From: Bacteroidia bacterium
Lineage (GTDB): Bacteria > Bacteroidota > Bacteroidia > NS11-12g > UBA9320
Reading direction: 5' to 3'
NCBI GenBank assembly: GCA_965216465.1
Contig: CBDCFW010000001.1
Location: forward strand, 288,001 to 352,000
DNA: 64,000 nucleotides
Shown: positions 1-9,238 of the stretch, one piece after another
How positions within the stretch are numbered: position 1 is the first letter of the stretch
How the letters are laid out: every line of letters starts with the position of its first letter
Notes under the pieces: generated by a model
Databases searched by the model: none
What the model saw: the letters and a program-made list of their open reading frames with translations, nothing else
What the model was told of the DNA's origin: nothing
Program-made: the position numbers and the translations under genes

Positions 1-493
1 TAACCGTATGAACCTTGTCTCCTGGATTAATTCTTTCTGGAGAATAGCCACAGAAAAAGTCCTTGTTAAAGCTTAATCCACTTTCTTTTTCCAGTATTGG
101 AACACATACTTCTTCAGTGCAGCCAGGAAAAACAGTTGATTCATAAATTACAATATCACCTTCTTTAAGCACCTTACCAACGCTTGTACTGGATTTAATC
201 AGCGGGGTAAGATCAGGTCGTTTATTTCGATCAATCGGTGTTGGCACCGTAACCACATAGATTGTGCAGTCAGCAATGTCACTTAACTGTGTTGTGAAAG
301 ACAGCTGGGTTGAAGACTCTAAATTTTCAGGCTCAACTTCGAGAGTTGAGTCTTCTCCTCTTCTAAGCTCAGCAATACGGTCGTCGTTTATATCAAATCC
401 TACGGTTTGATAGCGTTTCCCAAATTCTACAGCTAACGGCAGCCCCACATAACCAAGGCCAATTACCGCAATCTTCTTATCGGATAAATTCAA
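1..493 (-). CDS. tviB: Nucleotide sugar dehydrogenase (TviB/WbpO-type UDP-GlcNAc/GalNAc C-6 dehydrogenase), 3' end off-window
   Basis: Not in ORF track. Manual translation from TTG at 493: MNLSDKKIAVIGLGYVGLPLAVEFG...VTVPTP...YESTVFPGCTEEVCVP...YSPERINPGDK, i.e. Rossmann GLGYVG and family motifs. Lies downstream of upxY. Confidence 0.88.
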   Translation of the reverse strand, partial: MNLSDKKIAVIGLGYVGLPLAVEFGKRYQTVGFDINDDRIAELRRGEDSTLEVEPENLESSTQLSFTTQLSDIADCTIYVVTVPTPIDRNKRPDLTPLIKSSTSVGKVLKEGDIVIYESTVFPGCTEEVCVPILEKESGLSFNKDFFCGYSPERINPGDKVHTV

Positions 494-574
494 TTGAGTA
501 ATAATTTGGCACAAAGTTTTAATTTTTCACCTATAACAGAAGTGAGAAACAATAAACATACTAACAATTACTGC

Positions 575-1081
575 TCAATTTGTTTTTCTAAAAACATGGT
601 AAGGCAATCCCACTTTAATGCTTTGCCCTAAGGTCTCAAAACTCACCAAGTATTCTTCGTCGTTGTTTCGTCGTAATATGTCAACTTTTTGTCCTTTCAG
701 CGGACCTTCGCTAACTATCACATTTTCACCAATTTCGAAGTCCTCAGGCCGATTAATGGTCTCTAAAGAATAACCTGATTCGAGCATATTTTCGATGATT
801 TTTATCTCTTCTTCACGCACTTCTGCATCACCCTTGTTGTACCTCACGTAAGCAACGACTCCGGCTTGTTGCAGCACTTCATCACGTTGCAATGATGTTG
901 GTTTAACGAAAAGATAACCAGTAAATAATGGAACTTCAACCCACTTTTTGCGGTCGCTCCATTGACTTAATTTTCGGTATAATGGGAGGTAATGATTTAC
1001 ACCAATTTGTGCCAAACGAAGAGCAACCTTCTTTTCTTGCCTGCTTGCAACATATACTACCTTCCAACCTTGATTTTCCAT
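575..1081 (-). CDS. upxY: UpxY family (NusG paralog) transcription antiterminator
   Basis: WKVVYVASRQEKKV, QWSDRKKWVEVPLFTGYLFV NGN domain; KOW motif GENVIVSEGPLKG. Start taken at MENQGW (1081). Confidence 0.9.
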   Translation of the reverse strand: MENQGWKVVYVASRQEKKVALRLAQIGVNHYLPLYRKLSQWSDRKKWVEVPLFTGYLFVKPTSLQRDEVLQQAGVVAYVRYNKGDAEVREEEIKIIENMLESGYSLETINRPEDFEIGENVIVSEGPLKGQKVDILRRNNDEEYLVSFETLGQSIKVGLPYHVFRKTN

Positions 1082-1088
1082 TTTGACT

Positions 1089-1121
1089 AAAAAAAATCCA
1101 GACACAAAGGTCTGGATTTTT
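1089..1121 (-). terminator. Intrinsic terminator after the POT transporter gene
   Basis: Arms AAAATCCAGAC (1093-1103) / GTCTGGATTTT (1110-1120); 8-T run on the minus strand. Confidence 0.75.
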
Positions 1122-1142
1122 CAATATATTTCAGTTCGTGTT

Positions 1143-3110
1143 TTATTCTACGCCGTGCATTAATTTCTTAATTGGATTGTTAACCAACATTATCAATCCT
1201 GAGATTACAAGTAAGATTAGACCAATTTTAGTAAATACGTCAATGTATCTATCTAAACTCTCACCCTGAACCTTGTCAACTTGCTTGTCAAATGCATCTT
1301 TAAGTGAAATGTCGCCTTCAGAAGCCCAATCTTCAATACCACTTCTGAAGTACAACCAGTCTTTCACATTAATATGAGGATTATCTTCATCAGCAAGGTC
1401 ACTCTTAGCAATAGCCGTATAAGCTGTACCAAGTGATGCCCAAGCCTCCTTATTAAGCCAATCTCCAGATGTAGCAAAGGTATCCGAAACCGAACGAGAT
1501 GCTAGCCAATCTTTAAGCGAAACATTAGCGTCCATTCCTTTTCTGAACTCAACCCAATCTCTTGCGTCGAACCAAGATTGATACGTAATGTTCTTACCCA
1601 TATCATATGGTTTTTTGATATCGTCTCCCACTAATGGGCTCCAATCTTCAAAGTTTACGCTTTCAACTTCATCTGCAGCGTCCATCACAGTGTAATCCAT
1701 ATTGAACTCTTCCACTTCTTCTTCATCTCCACCGCCGTGTCCACCACCAGTGTAAGCAGCAATCTTACCACCAAGGAAGTTAGCTATAGCAAAGCTTAAG
1801 AACCAAGCACCCATGGCCGTTCCTGCCATTTTCTTAGGAGATAGCTTTGTTACCATTGAAAGTCCAATAGGCGACAAGAAAAGCTCTCCAGTTGTGTGTA
1901 ACAGGTATAAGAAAACTAAAGTTAATAACGGTACTAGATTTTCTGAAGAGAATTGGTATCCTACATAGGTAATCAAGAATCCAAGTCCTAGTTGAAGAAT
2001 ACCAAAAGCGAACTTCATTGGAATACTAGGATTCCTACCTTTTTCAGATAAACGAATCCACATTTGGGAGAAAATAGAACCAAAAATGATGATAAAAGCA
2101 GGGTTAAATACCTGAGTCATCGAAGCTGGCATCTGCCATCCAAATATGCTTCTATCAACGTTTCTATCTGCAAATAGAGTTAGTGAAGTACCTGCTTGTT
2201 CAAAACAAGCCCAGAATACAATGTTGATTACAATAAAGATGATTAAAGCAATCATCCTATCCTTCCAAATATTCTGCTTTGTTTCCTGATCTTCTTTCAT
2301 CCCTGCCCTCAGTAATGATATCGAAACAAGCACAAAGAGAGCTAAGAAGATGTAATCAAGAAATGAGTTATTTAAGATTAGTGTGTAGCATAAAGGAATA
2401 AGTAAAAGTGAACCTAAGGTAATCACATGAACCATATTAAGTGGTCCAGCAACTTTGCGTTTTCCAGCCTCATGAACATTAAGTCCTGGTGCTTTTTCAA
2501 AGTCTTTTCTATTGCTCCAGAATATGAGTAAACCGAGCAGCATACCGATACCGGCTAGGCCAAATCCTTTGTCAAAACCGTAAGTTTCTCCTACATATGC
2601 AACAACAGATGTAGCTAAGAGAGCACCAATATTGATACCGATATAAAATATAGTAAAACCAGAATCTCTTCTTGGGTCATTGTCTTTGTAAAGCTTTCCT
2701 ACGATGGTTGAGATATTGGCTTTGAAGTAGCCATTACCTATAATTAAGGCACCCATACCAATCAATAAGGCCTCTTCAGTTCCTCCTATAATTAAGAACT
2801 CACCAATTGCCATTAATACAGCACCTAGCATTACGGCATATCGGTAGCCTAAAAACTTGTCGGCCATTCTACCTCCAAGAATTGGAGCAGCATATACCAG
2901 ACCAGTGTATGCACCATAGATCAACGCCGCATCAGCATCCCCTTTCATCAAGGACTTTACCAAATAAAGCATTAAGATGGTACGCATACCATAATAACAG
3001 AACCTCTCCCACATTTCGGAGAAAAACAAGGTCATCAAACCTCGCGGATGGCCATTAGCAATTTTCAGCCATGATCCTTCTATAACATCATTGTTGTTTT
3101 CTTCACTCAT
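1143..3110 (-). CDS. POT/PTR family proton-dependent oligopeptide MFS transporter with a large C-terminal loop insertion
   Basis: EMWERFCYYGMR (ExxERFxYY), GNGYFKANIS, FYIGINIG, GELFLSPIGLS; many hydrophobic helices. Confidence 0.95.
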   Translation of the reverse strand: MSEENNNDVIEGSWLKIANGHPRGLMTLFFSEMWERFCYYGMRTILMLYLVKSLMKGDADAALIYGAYTGLVYAAPILGGRMADKFLGYRYAVMLGAVLMAIGEFLIIGGTEEALLIGMGALIIGNGYFKANISTIVGKLYKDNDPRRDSGFTIFYIGINIGALLATSVVAYVGETYGFDKGFGLAGIGMLLGLLIFWSNRKDFEKAPGLNVHEAGKRKVAGPLNMVHVITLGSLLLIPLCYTLILNNSFLDYIFLALFVLVSISLLRAGMKEDQETKQNIWKDRMIALIIFIVINIVFWACFEQAGTSLTLFADRNVDRSIFGWQMPASMTQVFNPAFIIIFGSIFSQMWIRLSEKGRNPSIPMKFAFGILQLGLGFLITYVGYQFSSENLVPLLTLVFLYLLHTTGELFLSPIGLSMVTKLSPKKMAGTAMGAWFLSFAIANFLGGKIAAYTGGGHGGGDEEEVEEFNMDYTVMDAADEVESVNFEDWSPLVGDDIKKPYDMGKNITYQSWFDARDWVEFRKGMDANVSLKDWLASRSVSDTFATSGDWLNKEAWASLGTAYTAIAKSDLADEDNPHINVKDWLYFRSGIEDWASEGDISLKDAFDKQVDKVQGESLDRYIDVFTKIGLILLVISGLIMLVNNPIKKLMHGVE

Positions 3111-3174
3111 ATAAAGTTGATTTAAATTTCGGTAAAAATAGATTTTTTACGCGAAATACAAGAAAATAGGCAGC

Positions 3175-5346
3175 TTATAAGTTTTCTATGATAAAGTCGG
3201 TCATACGTGTAAACAAGTGCAAACGCGTATACCCTCCAAAAATACCATGATTCTTGTTTGGATAGAATTCTGAATCGAAAGGAATATTTGAGGCAATCAT
3301 ACTGTTCACCATCTCAACGCTGTTCTGAAAATGAACATTATCATCTCCGGTTCCATGTACGATTAAGTACTTTCCTTTTATGTCTTTTACAAAGTTAATC
3401 GGCGAATTATCATCATATCCAGAAGCATTGTCTTTCGGCAAAGCCATGTATCTTTCTGTGTAGATGTTGTCATAGTATCTCCAATTGGTAACAGGAGCAA
3501 CTGCGATAGCCATTTTAAACACATCATTTCCTTTGGCCAGACATAAGCTGCTCATATAGCCCCCATAACTCCAACCAAAAATTCCAATTCTATCCGAATC
3601 AATGTAAGCCATTTCGCCCAGCACCTTGGCTGCAGCAATTTGATCTTCTGTTTCGTACTTACCCAGTTGTTTGTAAGTCATTTTCTTAAACTCCTCGCCA
3701 CGAGCTCCAGTGCCTCTGTTATCTACAGATACTACAATAACATCGTGCTTGTTAGCTAGCATTTGGTACCAAAAGCTATTGCTGAATCCAAAGTTGTTGG
3801 TCACAGTCTGTGAACCTGGACCACCATATACGTACATGAAAAGAGGGTATTTTTTATTTGGATCAAAGTCGTTTGGCTTGATCATCCAATAATTAAGGTC
3901 TACCCCATTGGCATTTAGCACATCAAATGTAATCTCACTCATTTCGAAGCCTTCCATACGCTTAGCGTATGCTGCATTGTCTTCAACTACTCTAATCTCG
4001 TTCCAATTCTGATCTCTAATTACATACTTATGTGGTTTAAATGCAGCTGTATAACTGTGTAAGACCAAGCTAAAATCTTCACTAAACTTAGCTGTGTGCC
4101 AGCCATCCTCAGTTGAAAGTCTTTTTTTATCTTTTCCTAAGAAAGAAATAGAGTGGATTTGGCGTTGTGTTGGGGAAGTTTCGGCTGAAGTAAAGTAAAT
4201 CACTTCGTTTTTATTATCAACATCAAGTACACGATCAACTTCCCAATTTCCTTTCGTAATCTGGTGAATTTGAGGTCCTTCAATTTTATGGAAGTACAAG
4301 TGTTTATTCCCATCTTTTTCGCTACTCACAATCATGTGCTTACCGTCTTCCAAAAAGAATATCTCATCGGTTATATCAACATAATATTTGTTCGTTTCTT
4401 CAAGTGAGCCATTTACTTCGGTTCCTGTAACCATAAGCAGTTCCCATTTGTTTTGTAGTCTGTTCAATCGTTGAACTGATAAAATCTCAGGATTCTTGGT
4501 CCACTTGATACGAGGCAAGTATTGATCGTTTTCGCTTCCCAATTCAATTTCTTTACATTTTCCTTTTACATCAGAAATAAAAACCTGAACCTTACTGTTG
4601 TCTTCACCCGCTTTTGGATATTTAAACTTGTATTGAAATGGATAGAGATCGCCATACATTGGCATAGTCCATTCTTTTACCGCACTTTCATCAAATCGAT
4701 AGAAAGCAATTTTGGTTCCGTCGACATTCCACTGAAATCCTCTGCTCATACTAAATTCTTCTTCGTACACCCAGTCAACAGCACCGTTAATTATCTTATT
4801 GTACTCACCATCTTTTGTAACTCTTTTCGCCTTTCCTTTGGCAAGGTCCATGATGTAAAGGTCATTGTCATGTACAAAGGCAACATGACTTCCTTGAGGA
4901 TTCATGGTTGGGTATCTTACTTTATCATCTGAGCCATGCATACCTCCAATTACCGACTTTGTTGCCAAATCGATAACTAAAAAGTGAACACGAGTTGAAC
5001 GGCGATAAATTGGTTCAGAGTTAAAGGTAATAAGCACTTGACTTTGAGCTTCATTAAACTTATACGAGTTAAATGTTTTTAAGCTTTCATCTGCGGTAAG
5101 TCCTTTAAGGCTCAAAATTTCTTTCACAAAATCACCGCTTTTGTAGTCGTATTGGTTTATCACCGAATAACCATCTACCGTTTCTTGAATACAATAGCTT
5201 TTGCCATCGTTCAAATTGACAAAACCGCTAATGGTTTTTGGGAAAAATGTGCCTGAGGCCCATATGTCTGTTAATTCAATATCTCGTTTCTGACTGTAGG
5301 TAAATAGTGTACAGCTAATTAGTAATAAGAAAAGTGATTTACGCAT
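3175..5346 (-). CDS. S9 family peptidase, dipeptidyl peptidase IV-like
   Basis: Signal peptide; DWVYEEE; YPKAG; GWSYGG nucleophile; HGTGDDNVH; NH-GI triad His. Confidence 0.95.
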   Translation of the reverse strand: MRKSLFLLLISCTLFTYSQKRDIELTDIWASGTFFPKTISGFVNLNDGKSYCIQETVDGYSVINQYDYKSGDFVKEILSLKGLTADESLKTFNSYKFNEAQSQVLITFNSEPIYRRSTRVHFLVIDLATKSVIGGMHGSDDKVRYPTMNPQGSHVAFVHDNDLYIMDLAKGKAKRVTKDGEYNKIINGAVDWVYEEEFSMSRGFQWNVDGTKIAFYRFDESAVKEWTMPMYGDLYPFQYKFKYPKAGEDNSKVQVFISDVKGKCKEIELGSENDQYLPRIKWTKNPEILSVQRLNRLQNKWELLMVTGTEVNGSLEETNKYYVDITDEIFFLEDGKHMIVSSEKDGNKHLYFHKIEGPQIHQITKGNWEVDRVLDVDNKNEVIYFTSAETSPTQRQIHSISFLGKDKKRLSTEDGWHTAKFSEDFSLVLHSYTAAFKPHKYVIRDQNWNEIRVVEDNAAYAKRMEGFEMSEITFDVLNANGVDLNYWMIKPNDFDPNKKYPLFMYVYGGPGSQTVTNNFGFSNSFWYQMLANKHDVIVVSVDNRGTGARGEEFKKMTYKQLGKYETEDQIAAAKVLGEMAYIDSDRIGIFGWSYGGYMSSLCLAKGNDVFKMAIAVAPVTNWRYYDNIYTERYMALPKDNASGYDDNSPINFVKDIKGKYLIVHGTGDDNVHFQNSVEMVNSMIASNIPFDSEFYPNKNHGIFGGYTRLHLFTRMTDFIIENL

Positions 5347-5384
5347 CCTTCAATAAATTTGTTTCAATATTAAGCGATTTCAAA

Positions 5385-6770
5385 ATGGATTGGATACAGG
5401 AGCTAAAATTAATTGTCGGAGAGCAAATAATTTCGACAAACACAGAAGTCTTAGAGCGTTATGCCAGTGACTATACTGAAGATTTAAAGCACCTTCCTGA
5501 AGCGGTTGCCACTCCTCAGACAGTTGATCAAATTGCCGAAATTCTGAAGTTTTGCAACAAGCACGAAATCTATGTCACCCCCCGTGGTGCAGGAACTGGT
5601 CTTAGTGGGGGAAGCTTGCCGCACTTAGGCGGACTATCTCTGTCAATGGAAAACTTCAATAAGATTCTTGAAATTGACCCACAAAACTTTCAAGCTACCG
5701 TTGAAAGTGGAGTAATAAACGAAACGTTTCAACAAGCCGTTAAGGAAAAAGATCTTTTCTATCCTCCTGACCCCGCAAGCAAGGGAAGTTGTTTTCTCGG
5801 TGGAAATATCGCACACAGCAGCGGTGGCCCAAAAGCACTAAAATATGGAACCACAAAAGATTATGTTTTAAACCTTGAAGTGGTTTTACCAAATGGCGAG
5901 GTAATTTGGACTGGTGCAGACACCCTTAAAAACAGCACCGGATACAATCTGACTCAACTGTTTATTGGCAGTGAAGGAACGCTCGGCATCGTGACTAAAA
6001 TTGTATTTAAACTTTTGCCACTTCCTAAACACGATTTGCTGATGCTGGCAAAATTCCCATCAATTGTGGATGCATGCAATGCAGTACCTCGAATCTTTAC
6101 CGCAGGGGTAAGCCCAAGTGCCCTTGAATTGATGGAGTCATCGGCTGTCGATTATGTATTGGCCCATTCAGACTTGCAATTCCCTACCGACGCCACGACT
6201 AAAGCCTATTTGCTTATTGAAGTTGACGGCAACGATTTAGAACGACTGTACTCTGATTGCGAAGTTATTAATGAGGTGCTCGAACAACATAATGTTATTG
6301 AAGTTCAATTTGCTGATTCTTCAGACCAAAAAGAACGACTGTGGACCATCCGACGATCGATCGGTGAAAAGGTAAAATTACATAGTATATATAAAGAAGA
6401 AGACACGGTAGTTAAAAGAGCACACCTCCCAGAATTAATGAAAGAAGTCAAAATCATCGGTTCTAAATATGGATTTGATAGTGTTTGCTATGGTCATGCC
6501 GGAGACGGAAATCTTCATATCAATATTCTAAAAGGTGAAATGTCGGATGAAGAATGGAACGGAAATCATTTGGAACAAGGAATCCGTGAAATTTTCAGAT
6601 TATGTAAGAAACTAGGTGGAACCATTAGTGGCGAACATGGTATAGGATTAGTACAGAAAAAGTTTCTAAACGAAGTGTTTGAATCAACCCATTTTGAGCT
6701 ATTAAAAGGCATAAAAAACGTATTTGACCCCAAAAATATCATGAATCCAGGCAAAATTTGGGAAAATTAA
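5385..6770 (+). CDS. FAD-binding oxidoreductase (GlcD / D-lactate dehydrogenase-like, FAD_binding_4 + FAD-oxidase_C)
   Basis: RGAGTGLSGG, YPPDPAS, GSEGTLGIVT, GHAGDGNLH, GEHGIG, MNPGK. Start taken at MDWIQ. Confidence 0.92.
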   Translation: MDWIQELKLIVGEQIISTNTEVLERYASDYTEDLKHLPEAVATPQTVDQIAEILKFCNKHEIYVTPRGAGTGLSGGSLPHLGGLSLSMENFNKILEIDPQNFQATVESGVINETFQQAVKEKDLFYPPDPASKGSCFLGGNIAHSSGGPKALKYGTTKDYVLNLEVVLPNGEVIWTGADTLKNSTGYNLTQLFIGSEGTLGIVTKIVFKLLPLPKHDLLMLAKFPSIVDACNAVPRIFTAGVSPSALELMESSAVDYVLAHSDLQFPTDATTKAYLLIEVDGNDLERLYSDCEVINEVLEQHNVIEVQFADSSDQKERLWTIRRSIGEKVKLHSIYKEEDTVVKRAHLPELMKEVKIIGSKYGFDSVCYGHAGDGNLHINILKGEMSDEEWNGNHLEQGIREIFRLCKKLGGTISGEHGIGLVQKKFLNEVFESTHFELLKGIKNVFDPKNIMNPGKIWEN

Positions 6771-6872
6771 TTTTTGACTTCGATTCAACTCTAAATCACT
6801 CTTTATCAGGTTTTTGCAAAATTCTTAATTTGTAAAGCCTACCCCCTAGTAGGTATTTTTTTTAGAAATTTC

Positions 6873-6904
6873 TTGTTTTAAGGAAAATTTTATCTCTACA
6901 TTTG
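6873..6904 (+). promoter_or_regulatory. Bacteroidota housekeeping sigma promoter (-33 TTG / -7 TACATTTG)
   Basis: TTG 6873-6875, 21-nt spacer, TACATTTG 6897-6904, 24 nt before ATG 6929. Confidence 0.65.
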
Positions 6905-6928
6905 TAGCACTACTATTTATTACTACTT

Positions 6929-9184
6929 ATGACAACAAGAACAAACTACTACGGTCTATGCTATGTGCTATTTTTTATTTTCCTAACTAATATAGCCATT
7001 GCTCAAACACAAAGCGAAAAGCTTACAGTTTCAATTCAAGTTTCAAGTTTCTCTAATAGTTCCGTATCATTTTCATGGGACAATTACGACATTAACTACA
7101 CGGACATTTACCGTAAAGAAATTTCGAATACCTCATGGACACTTTTACAAGGCAACGTTAGCGGTACTACTTTTACCGACAACTCTATCTCTTCAAACAA
7201 AGAGTATGAGTACAAGTTTGAAGTAACTACCAACAACACTTCTGTTCCGACTGCTTATGGTTACATAGCGTTTGGAGCTCAGATTGCTAAGAAGGACAAT
7301 CGCGGTAACATCCTTTTGGTTGTTGACGACCGATTCACTTCTTCTCTCACTCTAGAATTAGACAATTTACAGTACGACCTTATCAGCGATGGGTACACTC
7401 CTATTTTGATTGCGTGCAGCAAAGATTCTTCTGTATCTTTTGTGAAAAACATGATTGACAGTGTTAACACTGCTTCATCATTAAATTCAGTTTACCTGAT
7501 TGGTCACATTGCAATTCCTTACGCTGGAATTATTTTCCCTGATGGTCATACTGATCACAGAGGCGCTTGGCCAACTGATTTATTCTACGTTACAGATTCA
7601 TCTAATTGGAGCGATAATTCTATCAATTATACCAACACCACAAGAACGGCTAACACCAACCTTGTGAACGATGGTAAATTTGACCAATCTTCAATTAGCG
7701 ATGAAGCTTTTGCTGCAATCTCAAGAGTAGATTTTTATGATCTTCCTGCAAATGGAAACACTGAAACTCAAATGCTATCTAACTACTTGATGCAAGTTTC
7801 AAGATACAAAAGAGGTGAAATCGTTGCAGTTGATAACGGTCTGATCGATGATAAGCTTTCAACTTTCAGTGAAGGTTTTGCTCGTAATGGTTTCATGAAC
7901 TTCTCTAGTTTATTCGGAGACAGCATTACAACTGGTGACTTAATCACCAACTTAGAAAGCAGAACGCACAAATGGGCTTACTCTTGTAGCTACGGTACTG
8001 ACACAAGCATGTGGAATACTGCAGACCCAACTGTACTTAACACTTCGAACTACCAAGGTATTTTCTCTATGGTATTTGGAAGTTACTTTGGAGATTGGAA
8101 TACACAAGACAACTTTATGAGATCGCTGCTTGCAGATGGTAAGATGCTTACTACGTGCTGGGCAGGTAGACCACACTGGTTCTACCACCACATGGGACTT
8201 AACAACCCAATAAGCCTTTCTTCTAAGATGTCAATCGAAAACAGTACGGCTTCAATGAGTTTGACCACTACTGCTTACGATGTTGCTGGTTACTCACCAA
8301 ACAGTGTTCACATGAGCTTGCTTGGAGACCTTACCTTACGTCAGAATTATAATCCTGCACTTACAACATTCAACGGTACATACGATTCTGCTGATGATGA
8401 AATTGATTTATCATGGAATGCACCAGCAAACACCAACGTAACTGCTTACGAAATTTACAAAGCTTCTAGCAAGCTTGGTCCTTATACTCTACTTGCATCT
8501 GTTACTAGCGGTACTTCTTACACGGATGCTACTGTATTAACAGACAACTTCTATTTTATTAAGTATATCACATTAGATACTACCCTTAGTGGTTCTTACT
8601 ACAACAACTCTGTAGGTACTTTCATTTCATTGAACCCAAGTTCTAGTTCTTCTGCAGATCCATTACCAGTAGAATTAATGTCTTTCAAAGCTGAAAAAAT
8701 TAAAGATGAAGGTGTTTTAACTTGGTCTACAGCTTCTGAAGTTAACTTCAGTCACTACGAGGTTGAAAAAAGCTTAGACATGAACAACTGGGCACTTATT
8801 AATACTGTAAAAGGTAGCGAGCACGCTAACCAAATGAATAGCTACTTCACTATTGATCCTGAATTAGCTAAAGGAATCACGTATTACAGATTAAAAATGG
8901 TAGATATAGATGGAAGTTACGAATACTCTCACATCGAGACAATCTCAACCACTAGAAATAAACTATCAGTTTATCCTAACCCAACAACGAACAACACAGT
9001 TACGGTTTCAACCGAACGCAGAATGAGAAATATTAAATCTAACGATGTAGAAGTCTTAGACAACAATGGAAGATCAGTTAGTTTTAGTCTTAATGACTTT
9101 ACTGGCGAATTGACCATCGATGGCTCAAGAGGAATCTACACAGTTAGAGTGCTTGGAGAATCAAGACGAATAATCTTGTTATAG
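6929..9184 (+). CDS. Secreted T9SS type A CTD protein with Fn3-like domains and a central C25/gingipain-like region
   Basis: Signal peptide ending AIA-Q; Fn3-like W..YRK/YEY segments; VYLIGHIAIP and PDGHTDHRGAWPTD; PLPVELMSF...W.TASE.N..YEVEKS Ig module; YPNP CTD. Confidence 0.8.
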   Translation: MTTRTNYYGLCYVLFFIFLTNIAIAQTQSEKLTVSIQVSSFSNSSVSFSWDNYDINYTDIYRKEISNTSWTLLQGNVSGTTFTDNSISSNKEYEYKFEVTTNNTSVPTAYGYIAFGAQIAKKDNRGNILLVVDDRFTSSLTLELDNLQYDLISDGYTPILIACSKDSSVSFVKNMIDSVNTASSLNSVYLIGHIAIPYAGIIFPDGHTDHRGAWPTDLFYVTDSSNWSDNSINYTNTTRTANTNLVNDGKFDQSSISDEAFAAISRVDFYDLPANGNTETQMLSNYLMQVSRYKRGEIVAVDNGLIDDKLSTFSEGFARNGFMNFSSLFGDSITTGDLITNLESRTHKWAYSCSYGTDTSMWNTADPTVLNTSNYQGIFSMVFGSYFGDWNTQDNFMRSLLADGKMLTTCWAGRPHWFYHHMGLNNPISLSSKMSIENSTASMSLTTTAYDVAGYSPNSVHMSLLGDLTLRQNYNPALTTFNGTYDSADDEIDLSWNAPANTNVTAYEIYKASSKLGPYTLLASVTSGTSYTDATVLTDNFYFIKYITLDTTLSGSYYNNSVGTFISLNPSSSSSADPLPVELMSFKAEKIKDEGVLTWSTASEVNFSHYEVEKSLDMNNWALINTVKGSEHANQMNSYFTIDPELAKGITYYRLKMVDIDGSYEYSHIETISTTRNKLSVYPNPTTNNTVTVSTERRMRNIKSNDVEVLDNNGRSVSFSLNDFTGELTIDGSRGIYTVRVLGESRRIILL

Positions 9185-9207
9185 TAAATTGTAGTAGATT
9201 AACTATG

Positions 9208-9237
9208 AAAAAGGCCGCTATTTTGCGGCCTTTTTTT
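9208..9237. terminator. Bidirectional intrinsic terminator between the T9SS gene and clpB
   Basis: AAAAAGGCCGC-TATTTT-GCGGCCTTTTTTT between convergent genes. Confidence 0.9.
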
Positions 9238-9238
9238 A

